Assembly: GCF_009914755.1 (NCBI RefSeq)
Contig: NC_060929.1
Origin: the human T2T-CHM13v2.0 reference genome, Homo sapiens
Length of the DNA: 64,000 nucleotides
Reading direction: 5' to 3' (one strand)
Shown in pieces: positions 34,739 to 47,002 of this stretch. The notes under the pieces are model-generated. The model ran no database searches, was not told where the DNA came from, and worked only from the letters and a program-made list of their open reading frames with translations. The number at the start of each line of letters is the position of its first letter. Within the stretch, counting starts at the first letter, position 1. The position numbers were made by a program, and so were the translations under genes.

Positions 34739-35756
34739 TTACATTTTGGCATGATTTTGCAGCGGCTGGTACCAGTTGTTCCTTTCCATGTTTAGCGCTT
34801 CCTTCAGGAGCTCTTTTAGGGCAGGCCTGGTGGTGACAAAATCTCTCAGCATTTGCTTGTCTGTAAAGTATTTTATTTCTCCTTCACTTATGAAGCTTAG
34901 TTTGGCTGGATATGAAATTCTGGGTTGAAGATCCTTTTCTTTAAGAATGTTGAATATTGGCCCCCACTCTCTTCTGGCTTGTAGGGTTTCTGCCAAGAGA
35001 TCCGCTGTTAGTCTGATGGGCTTCCCTTTGAGGGTAACCCGACCTTTCTCTCTGGCTGCCCTTAACATTTTTTCCTTCATTTCAACTTTGGTGAATCTGA
35101 CAATTATGTGTCTTGGAGTTGCTCTTCTCGAGGAGTATCTTTGTGGCGTTCTCTGTATTTCCTGAATCTGAACATTGGCCTGCCTTGCTAGATTGGGGAA
35201 GTTCTCCTGGATAGTATCCTGCAGAGTGTTTTCCAACTTGGTTCCATTCTCCCCATCACTTTCAGGTACACCAGTCAGACGTAGATTTGGTCTTTTCACA
35301 TAGTCCCATATTTCTTGGAGGCTTTGCTCATTTCTTTTTATTCTTTTTTCTCTAAACTTCCCTTCTCGCTTCATTTCATTCATTTCATCTGCCATTGCTG
35401 ATACCCTTTCTTCCAGTTGATCTCATCGGCTCCTGAGACTTCTGCATTCTTCACGTAGTTCTCGAGCCTTGGTTTTCAGCTCCATCAGCTCCTTTAAGCA
35501 CTTCTCTGTATTGGTTATTCTAGTTATACATTCTTCTAAATTTTTTTCAAAGTTTTCAACTTCTTTGCCTTTGGTTTGAATGTCCTCCCGTTAGCTCAGA
35601 GTAATTTGATCGTCTGAAGCCTTCTTCTCTCAGCTCGTCAAAGTCATTCTCCATCCAGCTTTGTTCTGTTGCTGGTGAGGAACTGTGTTCCTTTGGAGGA
35701 GGAGAGGCGCTCTGCGTTTTAGAGTTTCCAGTTTTTCTGTTCTGTTTTTTCCCCAT
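34739..35756 (-). pseudogene. L1 ORF1, disrupted
   Basis: MGKKQNRK start at 35756; +1 frameshift near 35590 and a TGA at 35425-35423; C-terminal 218 aa open. Confidence 0.92.
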
Positions 35757-36205
35757 CTTTGTGGTTTTATCTACTTTTGGTCTTTGATGATGGTGATGTA
35801 CAGATGGGTTTTTGGTGTGGATGTCCTTTCTGTTTGTTAGTTTTCCTTCTGACACACAGGACCCTCAGCTGCAGGTCTGTTAGAATACCCTGCCGTGTGA
35901 GGTGTCAGTGTGCCCCTGCTGGGGGGGTGCCTCCCAGTTAGCCGGGTCAGGGGTCAGGGACCCACTTGAGGAGGCAGTCTGCCCGTTCTCAGATCTCCAG
36001 CTGCGTGCTGGGAGAACCACTGCTCTCTTCAAAGCTGTCAGACAGGGACATTTAAGTCTGCAGAGGTTACTGCTGTCTTTTTGTTTGTCTGTGCCCTGCC
36101 CCCAGAGGTGGAGCCTACAGAGGCAGGCAGGCCTCTTTGAGCTGTGGTGGGCTCCACCCAGTTCGAGCTTCCCAGCTGCTTTGTTTACCTAATCAAGCCT
36201 GGGCA

Positions 36206-36421
36206 ATGGTGGGCGCCCCTCCCCCAGCCTCGCTGCTGCCTTGCAGTTTGATCTCAGACTGCTGTGCTAGCAATCAGCGAGACTCCGTGGGCGTAGGACC
36301 TTCCAAGCCAGGTGCGGGATATAATCTCGTGGTGCGCCGTTTTTTAAGCCGGTCTGAAAAGCACAATATTCAGGTGGGAGTGACCCGATTTTCCAGGTGC
36401 GTCCGTCACCCCTTTCTTTGA
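36206..36421 (+). CDS. L1 ORF0 (71 aa, intact) in the antisense 5'UTR
   Basis: MVGAPPPASLLPCSLISDCCASNQRDSVGVGPSKPG...SRCVRHPFL*; ATG context GCAATGG; both CAG|GTGCG donors retained. Confidence 0.85.
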   Translation: MVGAPPPASLLPCSLISDCCASNQRDSVGVGPSKPGAGYNLVVRRFLSRSEKHNIQVGVTRFSRCVRHPFL

Positions 36422-36818
36422 CTCGGAAAGGGAACTCCCTGACCCCTTGCACTTCCCAAGTGAGGCAATGCCTCGCCCTGCTTCGGCTCGCACACCGTGC
36501 GCGCACCCACTGACCTGCGCCCACTGTCTGGCACTCCCTAGTGAGATGAACCCGGTACCTCAGATGGAAATGCAGAAATCACCTGTCTTCTGCGTCGCTC
36601 ACGCTGGGAGCTGTAGACCGGAGCTGTTCCTATTCAGCCATCTTGGCTCCTCGAGAGCATAAATCTTATTTTAAGTCAGAATGGGACACACTTAAGTTGT
36701 GGTTTGATCACTAATCACTTGGAAATTAGGAATTAGGAAGAAATAGCTACTTAAAGCAATAATAGTTTTTTATGACATATGTGCTACAATATAATATCTC
36801 CTGTTTTGTTTTGCACAG

Positions 36819-36970
36819 AGCTCTCCCAGTTATTGCTTTGTGACCTTATCCTACATTTTAATCATCCCATCAAGACTGAGAACTTAGCAGAAGCAGAAAG
36901 AAACAACCCCCTCTTTGAAGAGTCTAAAATATCAGATGTATCCCTTGTTTCTAACAGTTTTTCTATCTGA
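36819..36970 (+). CDS. C5orf58: C5orf58 last coding exon (ELSQLLLCDLILHFNHP...SNSFSI*)
   Basis: Acceptor TTTTGCACAG|, phase 1 matching the previous exon; total 81 aa (102 aa with extension). Confidence 0.88.
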
Positions 36971-37065
36971 TTTCTTATTTGTTATGAGTTTCTGTTTTAT
37001 TGTTGAACTAACAAATATTTGGGAGAGTTGAGTTTACTAATTTGTATATATATAATTTAAAACAA

Positions 37066-37071
37066 AATAAA
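37066..37071 (+). terminator. C5orf58: C5orf58 polyadenylation signal
   Basis: AATAAA ~95 nt after the stop, with T/GT-rich sequence downstream. Confidence 0.65.
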
Positions 37072-38956
37072 AATAATGTAAACAAGCAGTTCATGTTCTT
37101 GAAGGCTGTTTAATGTTTTGAAGAATGGCTTAACTTACGTCACTAATGGCAAGTGTATGACATAGGAAATTGGCCATGGGTCACTGCTTATCCTTTAGCT
37201 TATGCTTGAATTTGGCTCAGGTTGAAAGAGAGCTACTAAATTATTAATTGATGGAATGAGTTTTTATTAATCAGAACTCTCCTGGTAGTGAACGCCAAGC
37301 ACAACTCAACCAGCTGAAGCATTTATTGAGTCATGTGACTTGGAAGCACATAGTTGGAATAGATTTCAGGGATCCCACTAATTTGTCCATACTTTTACTG
37401 TGTTTTTGTGTGTTGGCCTCGTTGTCTTCTATAGTAGACTGGTTCTTCCAGATAATTGGTAAATGGGAGTAGTTGCAGGGCAGCAGGCAGCTCCAAGTGT
37501 ACAGCATTGCCTTTGGGGACCCCAGATAAAAGAGAGATCTTGTCTCAGGCTTCATGTTTAACATTCCAGAGAGTGACCCTGATTGACCCAGCTTTAGTAA
37601 GATGTTTATCACTGAGCAGGGTTCTGAGCAACTGTGACTGATGCACCTGGGGTCATATAGAAGGTCTGTGGCCAAAAGAGGCAAGGCCCAGCCAAAAGGA
37701 GTTGTCGGTGCTTGAACAGAGAGAGAATGCTAGTCATGAAAACATTAGCTTCCCAACATTGATTTCAGTCATAGCCATGGAACAGAACATCTTAATCCTG
37801 ATGGCACTTTCCACTAATAGACTTAAAATGAGCTTTGGTTTGTTTTATAAACATGATTCGCTACCAAATAGTTGCTTTGAAATCTATCAGGTCCTTCATT
37901 TTAGATATTTTTGAATTGTAAAGATAGAATACGGCAAAGCAAGACAAGTGGAGCTTACTCGATACTAGAACCTATGGTGTATGCTATCCTTACTACCTTG
38001 TACCTAGCTCACTTGTTTAACACAGAAGAGCCACTAAGTAAATACTTGCTGAATAGCCCGTTGTGTAGACGTGTAAATGAATGCAGGGTTTTCAGCCTTA
38101 AACTCCCAAGTTTTGGACCCTAAACTGAGAACTTCTGGTTGTTAAGGATGAGATTTTGTGAAACACCATTTTTATCATCAGTTAAAAGTCTCTACCTTCT
38201 GCATACTCCTTATTTTAACATATCATCAGTTTTAAAATGGTGACTTCTTAGATTCCTTCCAATACCCCTTTTATTAGCTCATGAAAATGAAGCTGCAAGA
38301 TACTCTTTTCCATTTCGAAAACTTGTAGATTAAGCAGAGACGCCAAAAATTGTTGCTAATAAAAGTTGTGCAATAACAACCAAGGTCCCAAAGGGAAAAA
38401 CTTGAAGAACAACTGATTGTCACTATTTGGCTGAATACCAGTTTTTTAATCTGGCTGAATGCCTATATTTTTTGTTAAGTGATATTTGTAAACTGGAGGA
38501 AAGAGTTTAATTACCTCAAAGCACTTATACAGCCTGTTTGGGAAGGATGAGGAGAAGGGACTTTATGGCAGAGCTGTCAGGGGGATAACAAGAGACAGAA
38601 GAGCCATATCTAATAGGAAAGTCTGATCACATTTAATCTAAAGTGTTGCTCCCTCGTCTTCCCAGGAAGCCTTTGGTAAAATCTATATCCCTGGACAATG
38701 CTTTTGGGGTTGGGAGAAGGTTGGTGGGGGGCTGTGATGGTTGGTGTGGGTGTGGAGATGTGAAGAAATGCCAACTTAACCCCAGATGTGTTCATTAAAC
38801 CTAGACCCACGATACACCAAAGTCTCATCCCTAAATTTAAAATGTTTTCTTTTGGTATTTGTAGTTTAAATTTTCTTTAAGACAAAAATATAACAGTATG
38901 GACTAAAAGTCAATAAAGTTGTTTTAGGAAACCAAAAAAGTAAAGCAAAAGACTAT

Positions 38957-38962
38957 TTTAAT
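38957..38962 (-). terminator. LCP2: Candidate LCP2 proximal polyA signal (ATTAAA)
   Basis: TTTAAT on + strand ~590 nt beyond the stop, followed on the minus strand by U-rich sequence. Confidence 0.5.
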
Positions 38963-39365
38963 CCCAGAAGTTATCTCAACATGCATTTGTCTTTTCATAA
39001 AAAAATTACGTAAAAATCCCCCCAGGAAAAAATACTAAATAAGAGTGAAATTATATTTTTGAAGCCTCTTAAATTATTGCTGCTGAGAAAACGAGGTTTA
39101 GTGATTTTCAAATTACATGTATAAAACTAATGAATGCCTCTGACTGACAGAGGTTTGGCTGTAAAAAACAAATCAGTTTTATGTGACACCAATAACTATT
39201 ACTGTTTCAGTGTTTTAAAACTTGCCCCAAATTGTTTCTGTAGCTGTGTAAACTACTGTATTTTGAAATGGGCATTAAATAATCTTTTAAAAAATGAATT
39301 ATTACAGTGCACTACTAGACTTCAAGTGTGAACATGACTCATGCACTTTACAAACATTGAAGAAG

Positions 39366-39376
39366 AATAAATAAAT
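39366..39376 (-). promoter_or_regulatory. LCP2: AU-rich element in LCP2 3'UTR
   Basis: Minus strand reads AUUUAUUUAUU (overlapping pentamers, UUAUUUAUU nonamer). Confidence 0.55.
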
Positions 39377-39552
39377 TATGGGATAGTTGACAGTCTTCAT
39401 TTCAAACACTGTTTTTAAAGGAAAGGATAAAACCCTTGTGTTCATGGGGAGGGGTTCAGTTCAGTCCTAAGTGTTTGTCCATTGACCAAGGCTGATTGAT
39501 CTCGTGTTGGCAACAGAGGCAGGAGGACGGTTCATTTGCTCGGCTAAACTTG

Positions 39553-39675
39553 CTATGGGTACCCTGCAGCATGCGTTAATGTGCACTGGTATCTGGAACC
39601 TCGGTTTTTCCCATCAATGAGCAGAAGTGGCATTTTCCTGAAGTAGTCAATAATATCTGACACAGACAGAAAGTC
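39553..39675 (-). CDS. LCP2: LCP2/SLP-76 last exon (21), SH2 C-terminus DFLSVSDII...AAGYP*
   Basis: TTCAG| acceptor, 123 nt, TAG stop; matches the recalled SLP-76 C-terminus. Confidence 0.96.
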   Translation of the reverse strand, partial: DFLSVSDIIDYFRKMPLLLIDGKNRGSRYQCTLTHAAGYP

Positions 39676-39858
39676 CTGAAAGAGTCAAGATAGGGAGATG
39701 AGTCAACATTGGAATGAAAAGCAGGAACTTCACTTTCAGTTTTTTTATCTGCATAATATATGCTGCCTCTTCAAGTGATGAGGATTGTGGGGGGAAAAAA
39801 TGTAAATGTGGCAATTAGTTTAATGATTTCTGCTATAGAACTTTGAAAAAATTCCTCA

Positions 39859-40266
<408 letters not shown>

Positions 40267-41589
40267 TAATTTGAAATGCATATATTTTTAACTTCATATG
40301 AAGGGGTCATTTAAATAGTCACTATTACAATATTCTTGCCTCGGGTTGCTCTGTTTTTGGTTTTGGTTTTGGTTTCTGCATCTCTATTTCACCCCCAGTC
40401 ATTAATAGTGTTAGGAAACATAAGGACTCAGGAGGTCAGACACGGTTCATGGTGTCTAGAGGTGGGATCTGCAGCATGGCACAGGAGTTCCTTCATGATC
40501 TCTCTGCTGTGTCCTCACTGCCACCTTCACACTCATAAAGGCTCAGCAACCAATATTTGCAGCCATAGCCTGGATCGCCCCAGCCTTGATTGCTTGCTAG
40601 AGAGGGAAAAGCCTAACTCATTTTTCTAGATGTGGGTCACAACTCACCTAGGAACCCTAACAGGATAATGCACTTCCTTTAAGACTAATCTGCTAGGTGC
40701 CTCCCTCCATGGGAGCTGCAATGAGTGGTTGGTCTGCACTTGTGTGTTTCCACACTGGACCAAGATAAATCTTGAAGGGCAAATACCTCTGCTCCTATAG
40801 GGTCTGTGCAGCTCTATCCACTGCCAACCAGCGATTCAAACATTTGATCACAAGCATGCATTTTTTTTCTATTCATTAACATTATCATAACAGAAGTATG
40901 TGAAGCAGAAGTTATGGGTAAGCTGTTTCTCATTCTGGACATGTTTGATTCAGCTGGTCCTCCTCTTGGAACTTTGAACTTAGAGTATGTTTGGGGCGTT
41001 ACCTTCAGTTGTTAGTTTCCTTTGCGAAAAACTAGCCCTGAGGGTTTCTTTCCATCCGTTCTGATTAGCACTCAAAAAGTGACTGGCATGAGAATCTAAA
41101 CCTTGGCCTAACAGAGAATTTCTTTGGCGATCTGGCCATCCTCACAGAGCCAAACCTCCATTTTGTTAAGAAATGAGCCAAGTATTTGAATAATCACCCC
41201 AGCAAATATTCTAATTTTTCCCCTTTTCCAGGTGGTGTCAACTTAAAATGCAGCCTACGTTAAAATTATGCCACAGAGGTGAATAATAGTGGGAACTTTC
41301 CTTTGACACCATCTAAATAGATTTTTTTAAGTTAACATAGTTTTTCTTGATTTTGAAAATTATACATGTGATTATTTGAAAGAAAAGATATACAAGAAAG
41401 AATCCTATGGCAGAAGTAACCATTGTAAAGATTTTGCTTTATTTCTCTTCCAATAAATGAAGGGCTTCACTCATGTGATTTAATCCTAAATTTGCCATAC
41501 AGCACGGACTCTCAAAGATCGCTCCATGAAGGCATGCAGAGTGGCATAAATAAAGACTTTGGGAAAATGTCGAAATTTGAAATCCTTAC

Positions 41590-41745
41590 CTCTTTCCCTC
41601 GGAGTCCAGTTCCCAACAAGTAAACTTGACTTTCCTTCTGATAACGGATCTGGATGTTGTAAACTTTATCTTTGTACAACACCATGAGGACATATGGATT
41701 GGTTGTTGTTTTTTTAGAGCTGTCTCTGACCAGAAATGTGCCATC
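41590..41745 (-). CDS. LCP2: LCP2 exon 20, SH2 core DGTFLVRDSSKK...GLRGKE
   Basis: TAG|..|GTAAG, 156 nt, FLVRDS SH2 signature. Confidence 0.96.
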
Positions 41746-42556
41746 CTAAAAAGACAAATTCCTGTTATTATGGGAGCAGTAAAAGTCAATATTTTTGTTG
41801 CTTGTAAGAGTAGTAGACAAGCCTCTAGGGATCTGACAAACATGTCAGTTGCACTTTGCAGCTTCTTGAGTGCAAAACCTGTCATTCAACGAACATTCAG
41901 TTCTCCAAACAGCTACATATCCCATGTGTCATGAGTTATTTTGTTATTAAGAAAGGCAACAGAGATTGTATCAAAGAAATTTCCAAGTCAATCTCGTTAA
42001 AGCCTCCTGATAAAAACGGAATCTTTTGTTCAGTAATAAATAATGGGTGGTTGAGTGGATAAAAGGCCAGGAGAAATAAAATACTTTATTGGTTAACTCA
42101 AGATATATCTTCCTAGTATTCCTGTGAGTTAATTCCCTAAACTTTCTTTTCCACATCCAAAGTCAGAAAACATCCACATGCCATGAAATTCACCCTTCTT
42201 AAAACCCTGTGATCTCTAGATAGTCTTTCCTTCATCAGACCCTTGAGCAAAATTGAATGCAGATGTTCTCTTTTCTTTTCTTTTTTCTGATATTTGCTAA
42301 ACTACTGTTTTGATTGTCCTGTACTTTAAATTTCCATTCAATAAATTATTGCTACATAATATTAATACTGTAAAGATCTAATATTAAAATAGAATTAATT
42401 GGTAAGGACTCCTTTAAACTACTCCCTTCTCCTCATACCAAATCAGGATAGCTTTAAATAGCCATGAGTTGGCAATAATGACTTTCCTTTGTTCCTTTTA
42501 TTGCAAGTTAATTGAGCCTGTCAGAACATCTCTGCTAAACAAACATACTTCTGGAC

Positions 42557-42730
42557 CAGTGATTCACAGTCTTGGCTTCAAATTAGAATTACCTGGGAAG
42601 TTTGAAGACTCCCAGAGCTGACACAGCACCCCCAGAATAATTAGAATCTCAAGGTGAGACCCAGGAATCGGGATTTTTCAAAAGTTCTCCGGGTGATCTA
42701 AATGTGCAACTACTACTGAGAACTACTGGT
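42557..42730. mobile_element. MER5A-like hAT remnant
   Basis: CAGTGATTCACAG..TTAGAATTACCTGGG..TGAGAACTACTG termini. Confidence 0.6.
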
Positions 42731-43293
42731 GTGGAGTTTAAGTGTGAAAGATGAAAGATTTTTGCTTTCCCATTTCTGATAAATAAATCTAAGGTAAAGT
42801 TTCGGCACTGGCTACGGGAAATATGTTTAAGACTTTATGATATTAAAGGACTAGCTAGAAACGTCTAGGGCAAAAAGCAAAAAGTTGCTGCCGTCTCTTT
42901 AATATTGGTCCTTTCACATCAACATGGATGGCACGTCTGTGTTAAGAGGAAGATAGAACTGGTACGATGTTGGAACTTTGAAAGAGAGTCTCCTTCTGAC
43001 ACCATGTGATTCCTATGACAAGACAGACTCTTTCATTAATAAAATCTCCTAAGATGCTGCCAACCAAATGACTGCCTTGAGATTCTTCTGCCAGCCTAAT
43101 GATTCCCGAGCCTAGGAATCCCTGCTATGGGTGCTGGTAGTTGTGAAGCTGGCACTAATGGGTCTCCTAGGTATTACAGAAAGCAACAGCACCTAGCAGA
43201 ATTCCTAGCTTGTAATTGGTACTCAGGACAGGTCAGTTCCCTTCTCTGCCATTAATATTTACAACTATGTTAAAATAAACTATAGCACAATAC

Positions 43294-43371
43294 CTGGTTT
43301 ATCTTTCTAAGAGCAGCTTCTGCCTCTGGTCGGGTAATATAAGAAACGTACCACTCTTCATTTAATGAATT
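43294..43371 (-). CDS. LCP2: LCP2 exon 19, NSLNEEWYVSYITRPEAEAALRKINQ
   Basis: CAG|..CAG|GTATTG, 78 nt, SH2 N-terminal WY motif. Confidence 0.96.
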
Positions 43372-43978
43372 CTGAAAATGTAAATTTTTAGAAACTGAAT
43401 AAATTTTACAGTTACAGATGTAAGTGAAAAGAAAAGCCTCTGAGTAATCATTTCCATAAATCAACACCTCAATTCCAGGAGGTCTGAAACATTTGTTTTC
43501 TTAATTTGCATTCAGAGTCATTTAGCTGGGGCTAAATAGAAGATATTTTGTGCGAACTGCTTTTTATCATGACACTGGTTGCAAAAATGCCTGTGAATAA
43601 GAGTTCCTTACAGTATGGAACCTCTTCAGGAAAGATACAGATACAATAATTTCTTCAGTTTAGCATAATAACCTGCTTGATTAAAAAAATGGGTTATTGA
43701 GCAGTTAAGTGACGAATCAAGGTCATAAACATAAAAAACAGGATTATTTTTCTTGCTGTTTAATGCAAAACACATGTTTGCCATTGAAAGCGTCTGAAAG
43801 AATGCCAAGGGAAAAGAACATATTGTTCATCTGGATCTTCTCCTTTAACTTTTTTTTCAAATAAATAAAATAAAACAAAGGGAAGATAAAAGTACAGAAG
43901 AACATTCAATGGGAGTTTCTGGTGATTCTTTTACCAGGGAAAAGGCAAACAAACAAAAATAAAAACATGCTCTCTTAC

Positions 43979-44073
43979 CTCTTCCTCCGCGGGGGATGGG
44001 GGCCGAGGTTTGTTTGGAAGTGGCAAGGGGAAGTTTCTGCCTTCGGCTCTGATAGGTGGTCTGTTGCTAGGGC
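43979..44073 (-). CDS. LCP2: LCP2 exon 18, GPSNRPPIRAEG...PSPAEEE
   Basis: AAG| acceptor, |GTAAG donor, 95 nt, phases 1 to 0. Confidence 0.93.
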
Positions 44074-46562
44074 CTTCAAAAGTATAGAATTCTGACAGTT
44101 AATTTACTGTAAGCTATTGTTTGCTGCTATCAAAACACAAAACACATTCCCCCCACTCCCCCAAAAAAATACCCTTGCGATTGGTCCTATAGTTCGCATT
44201 TTAAGAAACAAGGGCTTCAAAAATAATTTTCATCTGTTTGAAACCATGGGGGCTGCTCAGGCATTATTCTGTAATCATGCCAGTAAAACTTTGAGAAGAG
44301 AACCTCAACTTTGAGTGATTTTTCTAAATGTGCATGTTACATAATATAAAGTGACTAGATCCCTTTATAAAAAAATTCGCAATTGTTTTAATGAATGTGA
44401 ACGTCAAAATGAATGCTCAAGAGACAAATTTTTCATAGATTCTTATAATATCATCATAGGCAGAATGGATTCCCAACAGCTGATGTAGGGACAATGCAAT
44501 GATGAAGATAATTATGTTCTTAATGTTTCCACAAAAAGAAATGTAAGTGACCCAAGAGAAGACAAAATTACCTTGAGAATATTGCTAGCTTTTAGAATCA
44601 AAGTTGGCTACCCGCTGTTCTAACTAAACAGGTAGACTGTTCAACTCACATAGAAGGCACTACAGATCAGGAAGTTTTTACTGGGCAACTATTAATTACC
44701 CAGTGCTTGTGCCTCATCTTCTCTAAAACTCTTTTTTCTCATTTACAGTTCCTTGAAACTTTAGGAGAATGTTTCCTAATCTCAGGAAAGGTTTAGTTGT
44801 GTTTATTGCAGTTGCCCAGGGTATTTTCTATGTGCCAGGCTGTGGTTAAAAACAGAAAAATTCTGTGAGTCAAATGTTCTCTTAATTATTTAACCATCAT
44901 TCATTCATACCTTCAACAAATATTTATTCAGCACAACTCTGTCCAGATCTTGAGTAAGGTATCGTGTGTACATTTTTTTTAATCCTCACAGCAACATTAC
45001 AAGGTAGGTATTGTCTTCATTTTGCATATGGGGAAATACAGGCTCAGAGGCTAAGCAAATCATGCGCTATCAGTGGCAAAGCCAAAACTTAAACCTGTGG
45101 TTACCAAATGCTACTGTGCATGAGTCAGAATCCCTGGGCGACTTGCGAGCACCTGGGGCTCAGAAATCTGCATGTTAGCAAGTACTTCCGGTGGTTCTAC
45201 ACCACGGATTGTCACTACGTCTACCTTGTTACACCACTGAGGAGAGGAGAGTCACCTGTAAGGGCTAAAGCCTCCTGAGCCGCATCATCAAGATTATTTA
45301 TGATGGTCCTTCCCTGTTTTTAAACAAGTCTCCTGAGCCACATCAACAGGATTGTTTAAGATGCTCCTTCCCTGTTTCTAAACAAGCTGGCCCTGAGCTG
45401 CCAGTGCCTTCCTTCTCCAAGTTCCCAGTGCCTAGACAGATCTTCCCCATCCCCATTTTTTTTGCAGTCCAACACTTGCACTTTTATAATGCTTGTTGAA
45501 TGAATGAAACCTAACAATACAGGAGAGTAACAGAACCAAGGCCCGCATTGCATGGCCATTCTACAGTTAAGAAATGATTCTCTTTCTGCCTCTGCACCTG
45601 CAGGCCAGCATCATAGAGTTCTAAGTTACAACAGAGAAGCACATACACTTTTTTATTGCAGTCACCTACCACCCTTAATATCTAGACTCTCAAGGGAGTC
45701 ATGACAGGTTTTTGGGCAATGCACAGCACAAACTTTATCCTTCTGATGTTGGAACAACCAGTAGAACCAGTAGAGAAGACCGAGGACCAGGTGTCCTGGC
45801 AGTCTTAGGGGAAAAGAGATCAATTTGGATCAAGCTAATGTTCCAAAAATAATTAACTATTTGCATTAATAAGCCCCATCACAGACTCATAAAACTGGAG
45901 ATCTGTGGAACTTGCTTTGGAAAATAATGCTGTGATGTGTCTGGGACTCAGATGGCTACAGAGGCAAGGAGGTAACACAAATGTGTGTTTGCAAAACACA
46001 GAGAATTTTGGGGATTGTGGAAAATTAGGGGTTGGGCGAGAAACTGTGAAAACCATGTGGTGAACGTGGACACCACCATAACCTCAAATGCTTAGAAAAC
46101 ATTGAAAACTTAGTGGGTGCCACTGGCGTCAGCAGTGGGATCTCGCCCCTCTATGGAATGATGCATCCAACTGAATACCCTAGATGTGTTCTTGGAAAAA
46201 ATGTTGATTCTCAGGCTATCAACTCACATTTACTAACATAGTTTTCTACTGAACACACACTGGCCCGTGCACACACTGCATGTGGAACATGACTGCAAAA
46301 AAAGTGGCTTTTCTGTTGTCATTCTTCACAGCATTTTTTAAAAATTTAAGTCAACATTTAAAAATTAAATAATTTCACTTTTCTTGAGAAAAAAATTGGA
46401 AAATCTGGCAATGCTAAGCCAGTTTCCTGGAATGCTACTTACTAGAGTTGGGTAACTTTCCCTAGTCATTTGATGCTCATTCGACAAGCATTTTTAAAGT
46501 GCCTACCAAGTGCCTGTCACTTGCAAGTCTTTAAGGATAAAAAGCACAAATTAGTCCTGCCC

Positions 46563-46900
46563 CAGTGCCTTTCAAAGTGGTTCATGAACCAGCAGTCACA
46601 GCATCGCATGGAATATGTTAGAAATTCAGAAACTCAGGCCTCACCCCAGACCTCCTGAATTAGAATCTGCATGTTAACACAATTCCCAGGTGATCTATAT
46701 GCACTTTCAAGTTGCAGAACACTCTAAGCGAATACTAATCATGGACGTCCAGAGGTGGTATTATTAAAAACACAGGTCCCTGACTTCACTCCGGACTTAC
46801 TGAATCAGAATCTGTGACGTTAAGTTCTCTTAGTTTGTATTTTGAACATGCTCCCCAACTCACAACCATGGACAGATTGATCATGGAAATCTAAAACTGC
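46563..46900. mobile_element. Two adjacent MER5-like remnants
   Basis: CAGTGCCTTTCAAAGTGG..GAATTAGAATCTGCA.., then ..ACTGAATCAGAATCT.. Confidence 0.55.
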
Positions 46901-47002
46901 AGAGAAAGGCAAACAGGATTCTGAGGATTCCGTAGGGAAACCGGAGCTGGAGGAATAGTTCTGCACAGGAAGATTGGGGATGAGGGCTGGCTTCCTGGTG
47001 AA

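Noticed and set aside
44095-44110. Second upstream AG (33 nt) before LCP2 exon 18
   Set aside because: Introduces an in-frame TAA.
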